The position numbers were made by a program, and so were the translations under genes. From a bacterium HR33 (GTDB taxonomy: Bacteria; Gemmatimonadota; Gemmatimonadetes; Gemmatimonadales; GWC2-71-9), in NCBI GenBank assembly GCA_945889655.1, contig CAMDCH010000001.1, forward strand, positions 1 through 45,116: a DNA stretch of 45,116 nt. The letters run 5' to 3'. Of this stretch, positions 25,416 through 35,053 are shown piece after piece (the first letter of the stretch is position 1; every line of letters begins with the position of its first letter). The notes under the pieces are model-generated. The model saw only the letters and a list, made by a program, of their open reading frames with translations, had not been told where the DNA came from and searched no databases.

Positions 25416-26084
25416 GTGATGGCAACGCCAAAACGATTTATCGACGTCAGTCATACCGTGGAGCACGGGATGGTCACCTACAAGGGATTCCCGGCCCCCA
25501 TCATCTGCGATTGGCTGAGTCGCGAAGCATCCCGCACGAAGTACGCGAAGGGCACCGAGTTCCAGATCGGCAAGATCGAGATGATCGGCAACACGGGCAC
25601 GTACGTCGACAGCCCGTTTCACCGCTATGAAAACGGCAAGGACCTCTCCGAGCTGCCGCTCGAGTCTGTCGCCAATCTCAAGTGCCTCGTCGTGCGGGTT
25701 GATCCGACGGCCGGGCCGGCAATTGACCAGGTACCACTGGCAGCTAGCCAGGTTGGCGGTCGCGCAGTGCTCTTTCACACCGGGTGGGATCGGCATTGGC
25801 GCACTGACGCGTATTTCGAAGGGCATCCTTTCCTTACAGAGCGCGCGGCCGAGTGGCTTGCGAAGGCCGGCGCGGCGATGGTGGGGATCGACTCGCTGAA
25901 CATCGACAGCGTGGCCACCGGGGAACGCCCGGTCCACACGACCCTGCTCGGCAGCGAAATCCCGATCTGCGAGCACATGCGCGGCCTGGCTGCGCTTCCG
26001 GATCAAGGCAGTCGTTTCTTCGCTGTGCCGGTGAAAGTGAAGGGCTTTGGGACTTTCCCCGTGCGGGCATTCGCGCTGGCCTGA
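25416..26084 (+). CDS. Cyclase-family protein (kynurenine formamidase-like, PF04199-type)
   Basis: FIDVSHTVEHGMVTY.GFP.., ..GTYVDSPFH.. and ..VLFHTGWD..W resemble putative cyclase motifs. Confidence 0.8.
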   Translation: MMATPKRFIDVSHTVEHGMVTYKGFPAPIICDWLSREASRTKYAKGTEFQIGKIEMIGNTGTYVDSPFHRYENGKDLSELPLESVANLKCLVVRVDPTAGPAIDQVPLAASQVGGRAVLFHTGWDRHWRTDAYFEGHPFLTERAAEWLAKAGAAMVGIDSLNIDSVATGERPVHTTLLGSEIPICEHMRGLAALPDQGSRFFAVPVKVKGFGTFPVRAFALA

Positions 26085-26348
26085 GGGCGGACTGGTGACG
26101 AACCCCCTTGTCCCTCCGCAGGTCGGATTCCGCCTTCGGGCCGGTGAGTTCGATTCGATGGAGTTCTTCCAGATGATGAAGAAACGGGCTCCAGGCTACG
26201 CCATGTTGACGATCCTGGATGAAGTGGACGGAGAGATGCCGGGATCGGTCCAGTTCCCGGGTGGAACGGCAAGCTCCCTGGTGGACGAAGTCGCAGAATG
26301 GCTCCAGACACTGCCCTTCGTAGTGAGCGTTTCTCCCTCATACGGGTG

Positions 26349-26786
26349 ATGGCCGTGAGCGCTCCGTGGACGCCGTTCACCGAACCGCTGGGGCAGACGC
26401 TCCGGCGGAACCTCGCCGTCGCGGCGGGCGTTGGCCTCGGCTTCGCGCTCGGCAAAGGGAATCTGCGGCTGTTCGTGCCCTGCTCCGTCCTGGCCCTCTG
26501 GTTCACCCTGGGCGGGCACTACGTCGAGATTCTTTTCCTGAACGGCCTTCGCCCGCTGGTGCCGTCTGGTCGCGTATCCCAGGTCGCCCTGCGGCTCATC
26601 ACCTGGTTTGTCGGGGGCGCCATCCTGTATCTCTGCATCTCGGCGACTGCCCGACTGCTCCCCGTCAAAGTCCCTAATCCGTCCTGGTGGTGGCGCGGCG
26701 GCCTGCTGTTCATCGGGATAGAGTTGATTGCCCACGCCGTCATGGCCGCGCGTCGACTGCCCAACTTCTACGACGGCCGGAGCTGA
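26349..26786 (+). CDS. Membrane protein, unknown function
   Basis: Start MAVSAPW at 26349. About 4 TM helices. Confidence 0.4.
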   Translation: MAVSAPWTPFTEPLGQTLRRNLAVAAGVGLGFALGKGNLRLFVPCSVLALWFTLGGHYVEILFLNGLRPLVPSGRVSQVALRLITWFVGGAILYLCISATARLLPVKVPNPSWWWRGGLLFIGIELIAHAVMAARRLPNFYDGRS

Positions 26787-26986
26787 TCGCCGACCGAACA
26801 CGCCGCCGACAGCCAGGGTGTTCGGAGGGACACGCGACCACCATCCCGCGGTCGCGGAGCCAAAGCCTAAGTCCAACTGAAACAATGACATAGCAAAAAG
26901 GCCGCCGCCCGCTCCAACTGGCAGCGGCCTTGCTCTTTCTCCCACCCGGAAACCACGCCCTGCGGGGCTCAACCCGGGAGAAGGAA

Positions 26987-27916
26987 ATGTTCGAAAGCAG
27001 AAAGAGCGGTCTTATCGCGGCCACGATCTGGGGAGCGCTGTTGCTCGCACAGGCGGCTTGCGGAGAGAAGAAAGAGCCACGGATCTCGCAGATCGAAACG
27101 GATGGACGCGGATCCACTCCGGTCACTTCGGAGACTACGGTCACGCCCGTGGTGAAAACGACCGAAATCACCGGCCCGGTGACTTTCGAGGATGGAGAAG
27201 TCGCGTTTGGCGAGAAAAAGTACGATGAGGCCACGAAGATCTTTCAGGTCTACACCACCGAGAAGCCGCAGAATCCGTGGGGCTTCTACATGCTCGGCCT
27301 CTCTTCGTGGAAGTCAAACGACCTCGAGACCGCCGAGACGGCGTTCCTCAAGACCGTCGAGCTCGACCCCTCGCACGTGAAGGGGAAGTTCAACCTCGGT
27401 CGCGTCTACCTGGACAAGGGCGAGCCGGACAAGGCGGTCGAGCAGTTCACGGCCGCGCTGCTGATCGATTCCAATTCGGCCGAGGGGTACCGGCTCCTTG
27501 GTCGCGCGCAGGATGAGCAGGGCCTGCTGGTGGAGGCGGAGCATTCGTACCGCCAGGCCATCAAGCTGGACAGCGCCGACTACTGGGCCATGAACAACCT
27601 GGCCATGAACTTCATCCTCCAGGATCGTCCGGGTGAAGCGCTCGGCGTGCTGGCCCGCGTGGTCGAGATCAAGCCCGACAACACGCTGTTCCAGAACAAC
27701 CTCGGCATGGCGCTGGAGCTGAACGGCTACTTCGTGAAGGCCAGCGAGTCGTACGCGAAGGCCGTGGAGCTGGACACCGGCTCACAGAAGGCGATGGAGA
27801 ATCTCGCCCGCGTGACCGGCCATCCCGATGTGGAAGGACTGGATGAACTCAATCTCGACGCTCTCGCCGCCGGTTTTGCGACGGAGGTTTCGAGTCCGCA
27901 GGTGAGTACGAACTAA
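26987..27916 (+). CDS. TPR-repeat lipoprotein
   Basis: ATG after gggagaagga. Lipobox LLAQAAC. Several TPR units (..A...F.K.VELDP.....KFNLGRVYLDKGEPDKAVEQF..AL.ID..). Confidence 0.75.
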   Translation: MFESRKSGLIAATIWGALLLAQAACGEKKEPRISQIETDGRGSTPVTSETTVTPVVKTTEITGPVTFEDGEVAFGEKKYDEATKIFQVYTTEKPQNPWGFYMLGLSSWKSNDLETAETAFLKTVELDPSHVKGKFNLGRVYLDKGEPDKAVEQFTAALLIDSNSAEGYRLLGRAQDEQGLLVEAEHSYRQAIKLDSADYWAMNNLAMNFILQDRPGEALGVLARVVEIKPDNTLFQNNLGMALELNGYFVKASESYAKAVELDTGSQKAMENLARVTGHPDVEGLDELNLDALAAGFATEVSSPQVSTN

Positions 27917-28043
27917 GTAAGAAGTGAGAAGTAAGAAGTAAGAAGTGAGAAGTAAGAAATGAGAAGGCGCTGTGGGTGGGATCGGATCGCCACCACAGCG
28001 CCTTTTTGTTTTCTTCTCACTTCTCACTTCTCACTTCTTACTT
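27916..28043. repeat. Tandem-heptamer-armed palindrome H1 ((AGTRAGA)n, GC hairpin, (TCTYACT)n) filling the stop-to-stop gap
   Basis: The left arm is agtaaga agtgaga agtaaga agtaaga agtgaga agtaaga aatgaga. The core is ggcgctgtgggtgg-gatcggatc-gccaccacagcgcc. The right arm is tcttctcac ttctcac ttctcac ttcttac. It spans exactly from the TPR gene stop (27914-27916) to the moxR stop (28045-28047). Confidence 0.85.
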
Positions 28044-28044
28044 G

Positions 28045-29064
<1,020 letters not shown>

Positions 29065-29213
29065 GACCCGTCCTTAAGACTTATGCGTGGGAGCGCAGTT
29101 CAATTAGCCGTACTTCCATGAATAATCATGCAGCCGATAATGCTACATGCAATACTACGTTTAGGCCACCGTTTTTGCTTGCAAAGCGTTTCACCCGGGA
29201 ATAGCTTTCGCGC

Positions 29214-29432
29214 GTGAAAACCCCGGGGCCGCTTCGGTTTGCAGGGCTCGGGATCCAGCTTGCCGTGACCATCGTCGCGGGCGTGTTCGGCGGGCAGTGG
29301 CTGGACCGGAAACTGGGCACCGGCGGCATTTTCGCGATCGTCGGCGCCCTGGTTGGATTCGGCGGAACGCTGGTCCTCCTGATTCGAGACCTCTCCAGGC
29401 AGGACAGGAAAGACGGTGAAGGCGGGCCGTAG
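29214..29432 (+). CDS. AtpZ/AtpI-family small membrane protein (putative F0F1-ATPase accessory subunit)
   Basis: 72 aa. FAGLGIQLAVTIVAGVFGGQWLDRKLGT..IFAIVGALVGFGGTL matches the AtpZ-type two-helix pattern. It heads the atp cluster. Confidence 0.7.
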   Translation: MKTPGPLRFAGLGIQLAVTIVAGVFGGQWLDRKLGTGGIFAIVGALVGFGGTLVLLIRDLSRQDRKDGEGGP

Positions 29433-29784
29433 CTACCCCCTGGGCCTGGTCGCAGTCTTCGCCGGCGGTTGGCTCCTCTCGTTCGCCCTGGAGCCCGCCG
29501 ACCGGTACGCCCTGCGGCTGGCAAGCGGGGTGGGCCTGGCGATCCAGGGCCCGGCGGGATGGTGGCTGGTGCGGTCCATTGGCACCCCCTCGTTCCTCGC
29601 TGCTTGGATCGTCGGGATGGGAGTGCGGGTGGCGCTGGTCGCCCTGTTTGCACTCGTGGTGGTCCCAGCGATGCAGCTGCCGATGCAGTCGATGCTGTTC
29701 GCGCTGGTAGGAGTCCTGCTGGCGCTGCTGGTGGTGGAAGTCGTGGTGATCAACCTGGCTAATCAGCGGACGGAATCGTCATGA
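29416..29784 (+). CDS. ATP synthase protein I-like membrane protein (assigned by position)
   Basis: 122 aa with 4 TM helices, lying between atpZ-like and atpB, with overlapping start and stop codons. Confidence 0.4.
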   Translation: MKAGRSYPLGLVAVFAGGWLLSFALEPADRYALRLASGVGLAIQGPAGWWLVRSIGTPSFLAAWIVGMGVRVALVALFALVVVPAMQLPMQSMLFALVGVLLALLVVEVVVINLANQRTESS

Positions 29785-30740
29785 AGTCTTTCTCGCGCTC
29801 AATCGTACTCGCCGCCCTGGTCCTGGGGTTCGCCCTGCCGGCGCGCGCGCAGGAACACGCGGAACCGGCAGCACCCGCGCCGGCCGCGGCTGCCCACTCC
29901 AGTCGCGAAATCGACATCCAGCATCACCTCGCCAACTCGCGGACGCTGGAATACCCCTGCTTCAAGGTCCCCTACGCGTGCGAGATGGAGCTGCCCCACT
30001 GGGAGCCGGTCCATGTGGGCTCGCTGGCAATCGACCTCTCGCCCACCAAGCACTCGGTATACGTGCTGTTCGCCGGGCTGCTGGTGATCGCGGTTCTCCT
30101 TTATACGTCGAGCGCCGTGAAGCGGGCGCAGGCGAAGGGTGACGTTCCCCGCGGGTTCGCCGGGATGATGGAAGCCACGACCCTGTTCGTGCGGAATGAG
30201 ATCATTCTGCCGAACGTGGGGCACCATGGAGAGGGATTCGTCCCGTTCCTGATGACGGTCTTCTTCTTTATCCTCACCTGCAATCTGCTCGGATTGCTTC
30301 CATGGGGCTCCACCGCGACGTCCAATATCTCGGTGACCGCGGCGCTCGCAGTGATGGCGTTTTTTGTGATTGAGATCGCCGGGATGCGGGCGCTCGGTTT
30401 CAAGGGTTACATGGGGACCATCTTCTACCTCCCCCACGGCCTGCCGACGCCGCTCAAGCCTGTCCTGCTCCTGATCATGACACCGATCGAAATCATCGGG
30501 AAGCTTGCGAAGCCGTTCGCGCTGGCGGTGCGTCTCTTCGCCAACATGACCGCGGGTCACGTGGTGGTGCTGGCGCTCCTCGGACTCACGTTCTTTTTCG
30601 CGAACTTCTGGGTGGGCGTTGCTGCGTCGGCCATGTCGACGATGATCATGCTGCTGGAGCTTGGTGTCGCGTTCCTCCAGGCGGGCGTGTTCACGCTGCT
30701 GACGAGTGTATTCATCGGACTGATGAGGGCCGAGCACTGA
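29781..30740 (+). CDS. atpB: F0F1 ATP synthase subunit a
   Basis: 319 aa. LAVRLFANMTAGHVV is the essential-Arg helix motif. Multi-TM. Confidence 0.9.
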   Translation: MKSFSRSIVLAALVLGFALPARAQEHAEPAAPAPAAAAHSSREIDIQHHLANSRTLEYPCFKVPYACEMELPHWEPVHVGSLAIDLSPTKHSVYVLFAGLLVIAVLLYTSSAVKRAQAKGDVPRGFAGMMEATTLFVRNEIILPNVGHHGEGFVPFLMTVFFFILTCNLLGLLPWGSTATSNISVTAALAVMAFFVIEIAGMRALGFKGYMGTIFYLPHGLPTPLKPVLLLIMTPIEIIGKLAKPFALAVRLFANMTAGHVVVLALLGLTFFFANFWVGVAASAMSTMIMLLELGVAFLQAGVFTLLTSVFIGLMRAEH

Positions 30741-31013
30741 TTTTCGGGCGCGCCTACAGGCACGCCGAGTAGTTCGCAACGGCCGCCGGTCCGACGACGG
30801 ACTCGACGGCTGGGTTGCGGGAAGAGATCAGAGATCGAGCAATGGGTCGCCGCCGGGTCCATCGTCGTTCCGGCAGGCCGTCGCGATCCACTCGGCAGCG
30901 CCCGCAGGACGCGCCCGAGACATTCTGCTCGCACTGGTTGTCAGGCCGTTTGCGCCGCGCGCTCGCGACCGCTGACGGATGTAGTCCGCTGAATGGCGGA
31001 CGATGCCCACTGA

Positions 31014-31421
<408 letters not shown>

Positions 31422-31422
31422 C

Positions 31423-32001
31423 ATGAAGACGTCTCTGTGGTTCCTCGCCTGGCTGGCCGTGGCGGCAACGCCCGCGATGGCCCAGGAAGGGCACGAGGCG
31501 GCGGCGTCCGGCCCGCTCACGGTCGAAGGCGGCCTGGTCATCTGGACCCTGGTCGTCTTCTTCGCGATGCTGGCCATCCTGGGCAAGTATGCCTATCCCG
31601 TCATGCTCAGGATGGTCCGCGAGCGGGAACAGGAGCTGGAACGGCGTTTGAGCGAGGCCGCGAAGGCACAAGCAGAAGCGGCCAAGCTCCTGGAGGAGCA
31701 CAAGAAGCTGCTGGCCGGCGCGCAGGGACAGGCCGTGGCGCTCATCGCCGAAGGCAAGTCCGTGGCCGCCCAGGAGCGGGAAGTGCTGCTCCAGAAAACG
31801 CGCGAGGAGCAGGAGCAGATCCTCGCGCGCGCCCGCAAGGAGATCGACATGGAGCGCCAGCGCGCCGTGGCCGATCTTCGCCGCGAGGCGGTCGATCTCT
31901 CGCTCGCAGCCGCGAGCAAGCTGATTGGCGAAAAGCTTGATGACGACGCCAACCGCAAGCTGGTGACGCAGTACCTCGGCTCGCTGGAGATCAAGCATTG
32001 A
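31423..32001 (+). CDS. atpF: F0F1 ATP synthase subunit b
   Basis: 192 aa. An N-terminal TM helix, then a long charged coiled coil (..EREQELERRLSEAAKAQAEAAKLLEEHKK..). Confidence 0.8.
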   Translation: MKTSLWFLAWLAVAATPAMAQEGHEAAASGPLTVEGGLVIWTLVVFFAMLAILGKYAYPVMLRMVREREQELERRLSEAAKAQAEAAKLLEEHKKLLAGAQGQAVALIAEGKSVAAQEREVLLQKTREEQEQILARARKEIDMERQRAVADLRREAVDLSLAAASKLIGEKLDDDANRKLVTQYLGSLEIKH

Positions 32002-32537
32002 GGGAGCCGACGATTGCCCGGAACTACGCCGAGGCGCTCTTCGAATCGGGTGAACGCTCCGGGGCCACGGCGCAGTACATCAACCTGATCGAGAGCGTGG
32101 CGGGTGCCATCGAGGCGGATGAGAGAATCCGTGTCACACTCGAATCGCCCCAGGTTTCCAAGCCGGTGAAGCAGCGGATCCTCGGCGATGCGCTGAAGGG
32201 CAAGGCGCCGGAGCCGTTCATCAGGTTCCTCTCGGCCGTCATCAAGCGGGGCCGGCAGGGCATGATCGGTGCGATCTCCCGGGAGTACCTGGCCCTGGTG
32301 GACGTGAAGATGAACCGCGTACACGCGTCGGTTACCGTGGCGCGGAAACCCGATGAAGCCTTGCAGAAGGACATCGCCGACAGGCTGTCGAAGCTCGTGG
32401 GGAAGACGATCGTGCCGCATTTCCGGCATGACCCCGCGATCATCGGCGGGGTGTTGGTGCGCATCGGCGACCAGGTGATGGACGGGTCGGTGCGAAGGAA
32501 GATGATTACGCTTCGAAAGAAGATGCTGGGCGCGTAG
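31998..32537 (+). CDS. atpH: F0F1 ATP synthase subunit delta (OSCP)
   Basis: 179 aa. IARNYAEALFE.. start and ..DPAIIGGVLVRIGDQVMDGSVRRKM C-terminus are typical of delta subunits. Confidence 0.8.
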   Translation: MREPTIARNYAEALFESGERSGATAQYINLIESVAGAIEADERIRVTLESPQVSKPVKQRILGDALKGKAPEPFIRFLSAVIKRGRQGMIGAISREYLALVDVKMNRVHASVTVARKPDEALQKDIADRLSKLVGKTIVPHFRHDPAIIGGVLVRIGDQVMDGSVRRKMITLRKKMLGA

Positions 32538-32657
32538 GAAGTAAGAAGTGAGAAGTGAGAAGTGAGAAGTAACAGACAAGGTCGCTGTAGCTGAGACGCC
32601 ATGGTTCAGCACAGCGACTTTGCTTTTTCTTCTCACTTCTCACTTCTTACTTCTCAC
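32538..32657. repeat. Tandem-heptamer-armed palindrome H2
   Basis: The left arm is gaagtaaga agtgaga agtgaga agtgaga agtaaca. The core hairpin is gtcgctgtagctga..tcagcacagcgac. The right arm is ttcttctcac ttctcac ttcttac ttctcac. It starts at the first base after the atpH stop. Confidence 0.85.
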
Positions 32658-32673
32658 TGAACAGGGGGCTCGA

Positions 32674-33558
32674 GTGGCAACACCGAAAGTCGGGTTTTTG
32701 GGACTGGGCGCGATCGGGCGACCGATGGCCCGGCATCTCGTGAAGAAGTTCGACGGCATGGTGTGGAACCGCTCTGCGGACAAGGCGAAGAGCTTTGCCG
32801 CGGAATTCGGTAGCCAGGCCGCCGCCAGCGCCGCGGACGTGATCAAGTGGGCCGAGGTGATCGTCATCTGCATGCCCACCTCGCGCGAGGTGCGGGAGGT
32901 GGTGGAGCGCGAGGAGAACGGGTGGCGCAAGGGCCAGCTGCTCATCGACTGCACCTCCGGCGATCCCGCGTCGGGCCGAGCGACCGCTGCCTGGCTCAAG
33001 GCGAAGGGCGTGGGCTACGTGGACGCGCCGGTGTCGGGTGGGACGTCGGGCGCTGAGGCGGGCAAGCTCACGGTGATGTGCGGCGGGGAGAAGGCGGACT
33101 TCGACCGCGCGAAGCTGTTCATCGAGGCGTTCGCCGGGAAGATCGTGCACATGGGGCCGGTGGGGACGGGGCACGCGGTGAAGGCCGTGAACCAGGTCCT
33201 GCTCGCGATCAACATCCAGGCGGCGGGTGAAGGACTGGCGGCACTCGTCAAGCTCGGCGTGCCCGCGGCCGCGGCGCTCGAGGTGCTCAACGGTTCCAGC
33301 GGACGCTCCAGTGTCACCGAGAATCTCATTGCGCAGCGCGTGGTCACGCGCGCGTATCCGCGCACGTTCCGGCTGGCGCTGCTGGACAAGGACGTGGGGA
33401 TCGGGCTCCAGCTGCTCAAGGAAACTGGCGTTCCTTCCGAAGCTGCCGCGGGAGCGAAGGAGTTCACCGCGCGCACCCGGAAGGCGCTGGGTGAAGAGGC
33501 GGATCACGTCGAGGCCATCCGGGAGATCGAGCGGGCGGCGGGGGTAGAGATCAGGTAG
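32674..33558 (+). CDS. NAD(P)-dependent oxidoreductase, 3-hydroxyisobutyrate/6-phosphogluconate dehydrogenase-like
   Basis: GTG at 32674. VGFLGLGAIGRPMARHL Rossmann motif, ..DAPVSGG..GA..G.L..M.GG.., HIBADH family pattern. Confidence 0.8.
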   Translation: MATPKVGFLGLGAIGRPMARHLVKKFDGMVWNRSADKAKSFAAEFGSQAAASAADVIKWAEVIVICMPTSREVREVVEREENGWRKGQLLIDCTSGDPASGRATAAWLKAKGVGYVDAPVSGGTSGAEAGKLTVMCGGEKADFDRAKLFIEAFAGKIVHMGPVGTGHAVKAVNQVLLAINIQAAGEGLAALVKLGVPAAAALEVLNGSSGRSSVTENLIAQRVVTRAYPRTFRLALLDKDVGIGLQLLKETGVPSEAAAGAKEFTARTRKALGEEADHVEAIREIERAAGVEIR

Positions 33559-33593
33559 TTGCGTATGTGACCAGTTATGACTAGCTTGTGACT

Positions 33594-33848
33594 ATGAAGA
33601 ACGTCAAGATAGCAGACCTCAAGGCCAAGCTCAGCGAGCACCTGCGGTATGTAAAGGGCGGCGAGACTGTGGTGGTTTATGACCGCGACACCCCGGTCGC
33701 GAAGATAGTTCCCATGGGCCGGACGGGGGTTCTTCGGGTCAGGGAGCCCGCGGTCAAGGGGCGGCTCCGGGATGTGCCACTACCACCACCGTTGAAGCTG
33801 GACGTGGATATCGTCGATATCCTGCTTGAGGAGCGGGGCGACCGCTGA
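33594..33848 (+). CDS. Phd/YefM-type antitoxin
   Basis: MKNVKIADLKAKLSEHLRYVKGGETVVVYDRDTPVAKIVPM.. is the Phd/YefM N-terminal pattern. Its stop overlaps the PIN gene. Confidence 0.7.
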   Translation: MKNVKIADLKAKLSEHLRYVKGGETVVVYDRDTPVAKIVPMGRTGVLRVREPAVKGRLRDVPLPPPLKLDVDIVDILLEERGDR

Positions 33849-34267
33849 TTGCGTACGTCGACTCTTCGATTCTGCTTCGAATGGTGATGGGGCAGCCGGG
33901 GCAGCTCGAGGAGTGGCGGCAGCTGGACCAGGCAGTTGCAAGCTCGCTTGTCGAGGTGGAGTGCTTTCGCACGCTGGATCGCTTTCGGCTCCGCGAGCAG
34001 ATACAACCGGCCGACCTGACCGCCCGCTACGAAGCGATGCATCGACTGGTCGAGCGCTTGCGCCTGATCGAACTGGACACGAGAGTCCTTCGCCGCGCGG
34101 CTCAGCCTTTGCCCGTCCCTCTCACGACCCTGGATGCGATACATCTGGCTACCGCGATGTTGTGGATGGAAGCAGATGGCGTCCCCGGGATACTCGCTAC
34201 GCATGACGCGGCCCTTGGACGGGCGGGACGGGCGGTGGGGTTCCGGGTCCTCGGGGTGCTGACCTGA
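33845..34267 (+). CDS. vapC: PIN-domain toxin VapC (probable non-ATG start)
   Basis: The reading frame from 33845 gives LIAYVDSSILLRMVMGQ.... The conserved N-terminal acidic residue (YVDSS) lies upstream of the first ATG (33881). ..LDAIHLATA.. is the third PIN acidic motif. The only start-like codon is CTG at 33845, overlapping the antitoxin TGA. Confidence 0.65.
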   Translation: MIAYVDSSILLRMVMGQPGQLEEWRQLDQAVASSLVEVECFRTLDRFRLREQIQPADLTARYEAMHRLVERLRLIELDTRVLRRAAQPLPVPLTTLDAIHLATAMLWMEADGVPGILATHDAALGRAGRAVGFRVLGVLT

Positions 34268-34338
34268 CCGCCCCGCTCTCGGACGCACTCACCCAGAACC
34301 CGCTGCTCGCGGTCGCCACGCTTTTCGGAGCCGGGCTC

Positions 34339-34971
34339 GTGACGAGCCTGACCCCGTGCATCTACCCGATGATTCCGATCACCGCCGGGCTTCTCGCCGG
34401 CGCCAACCGCGAGAACCCTTCGCGGGCCCGCACCGTCGGTCTCACGCTCACGTACGTCCTGGGGCTTTCGCTGTTCTACGCGTTCCTGGGCGTGCTGGCG
34501 GGGATGACCGGCCAGCTCTTCGGAACGGTGAGCGCCTCATGGTGGGCGCGGCTACTCACCGCCAACCTGCTGCTCTTCTTCGGGCTCGCGATGCTCGATG
34601 TCTTTCCGCTGACTGCGCCGCAACGCCTGCTCCAGTGGGCCGGCGGACTCGGCGGGGGCTCGTATCCCGCGGTCTTCCTGCTCGGCGCTACCTCGGGCAT
34701 CGTGGCGGCACCGTGCGGCGCGCCAGCGTTCGGCGTAGTGCTGACCTGGGTTGCCGGGACCCATAGTGCCGTACTGGGGTTCATTTACCTGTTCGTTTTC
34801 TCGCTCGGCATGAGCGCCATTCTCGTCCTTGTCGGGCTGTCCTCCGGAACGCTCGCGGCGTTGCCGCGATCCGGGATGTGGATGGTCAGGACCAAGAAGG
34901 TCGCGGGCATCCTGATGCTGGTGATGGCGGAGTACTATCTCGTACAGGCGGGACTGGTTTGGCCGTGGTGA
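34339..34971 (+). CDS. ccdA: Cytochrome c biogenesis / thiol-disulfide transporter CcdA (DsbD-family TM domain)
   Basis: SLTPCIYPMIPIT and ..APCGAPAF.. are the two conserved Cys-Pro helices. The first canonical start (GTG at 34339) sits only 5 codons before the first Cys. The open frame continues upstream to 34207 with a plausible TM segment (NPLLAVATLFGAGLV) but no ATG/GTG/TTG. Confidence 0.75.
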   Translation: MTSLTPCIYPMIPITAGLLAGANRENPSRARTVGLTLTYVLGLSLFYAFLGVLAGMTGQLFGTVSASWWARLLTANLLLFFGLAMLDVFPLTAPQRLLQWAGGLGGGSYPAVFLLGATSGIVAAPCGAPAFGVVLTWVAGTHSAVLGFIYLFVFSLGMSAILVLVGLSSGTLAALPRSGMWMVRTKKVAGILMLVMAEYYLVQAGLVWPW

Positions 34972-35021
34972 GGTGCGAGGTGCGAGATGCGAGATGCGAG
35001 GTGCGAGGTGCGAGGTGCGTA
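34966..35021 (+). repeat. Tandem heptamer array (GTGCGAG/ATGCGAG)x6-7, starting inside the ccdA stop codon
   Basis: gtgcgag gtgcgag atgcgag atgcgag gtgcgag gtgcgag gtgcgta read directly from the sequence. There is no complementary arm nearby. Confidence 0.85.
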
Positions 35022-35053
35022 GACTACAGAACCGGGAACAAGGTGGAGATACT

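Noticed and set aside
26047-26349. A 100-aa ORF overlapping the end of the cyclase gene (possible starts at GTG 26095 or ATG 26158).
   Set aside because: There is no family resemblance and no clear RBS, and its coding status cannot be judged from sequence alone. It is left unannotated.
34973-35053. ORF segments translating as GARCEVRGARCEV (also in 38109..38342 and the end of 38843..39199).
   Set aside because: These are translations of the (GTGCGAG)n heptamer arrays. The real tlpA start is the RBS-preceded GTG at 35054.
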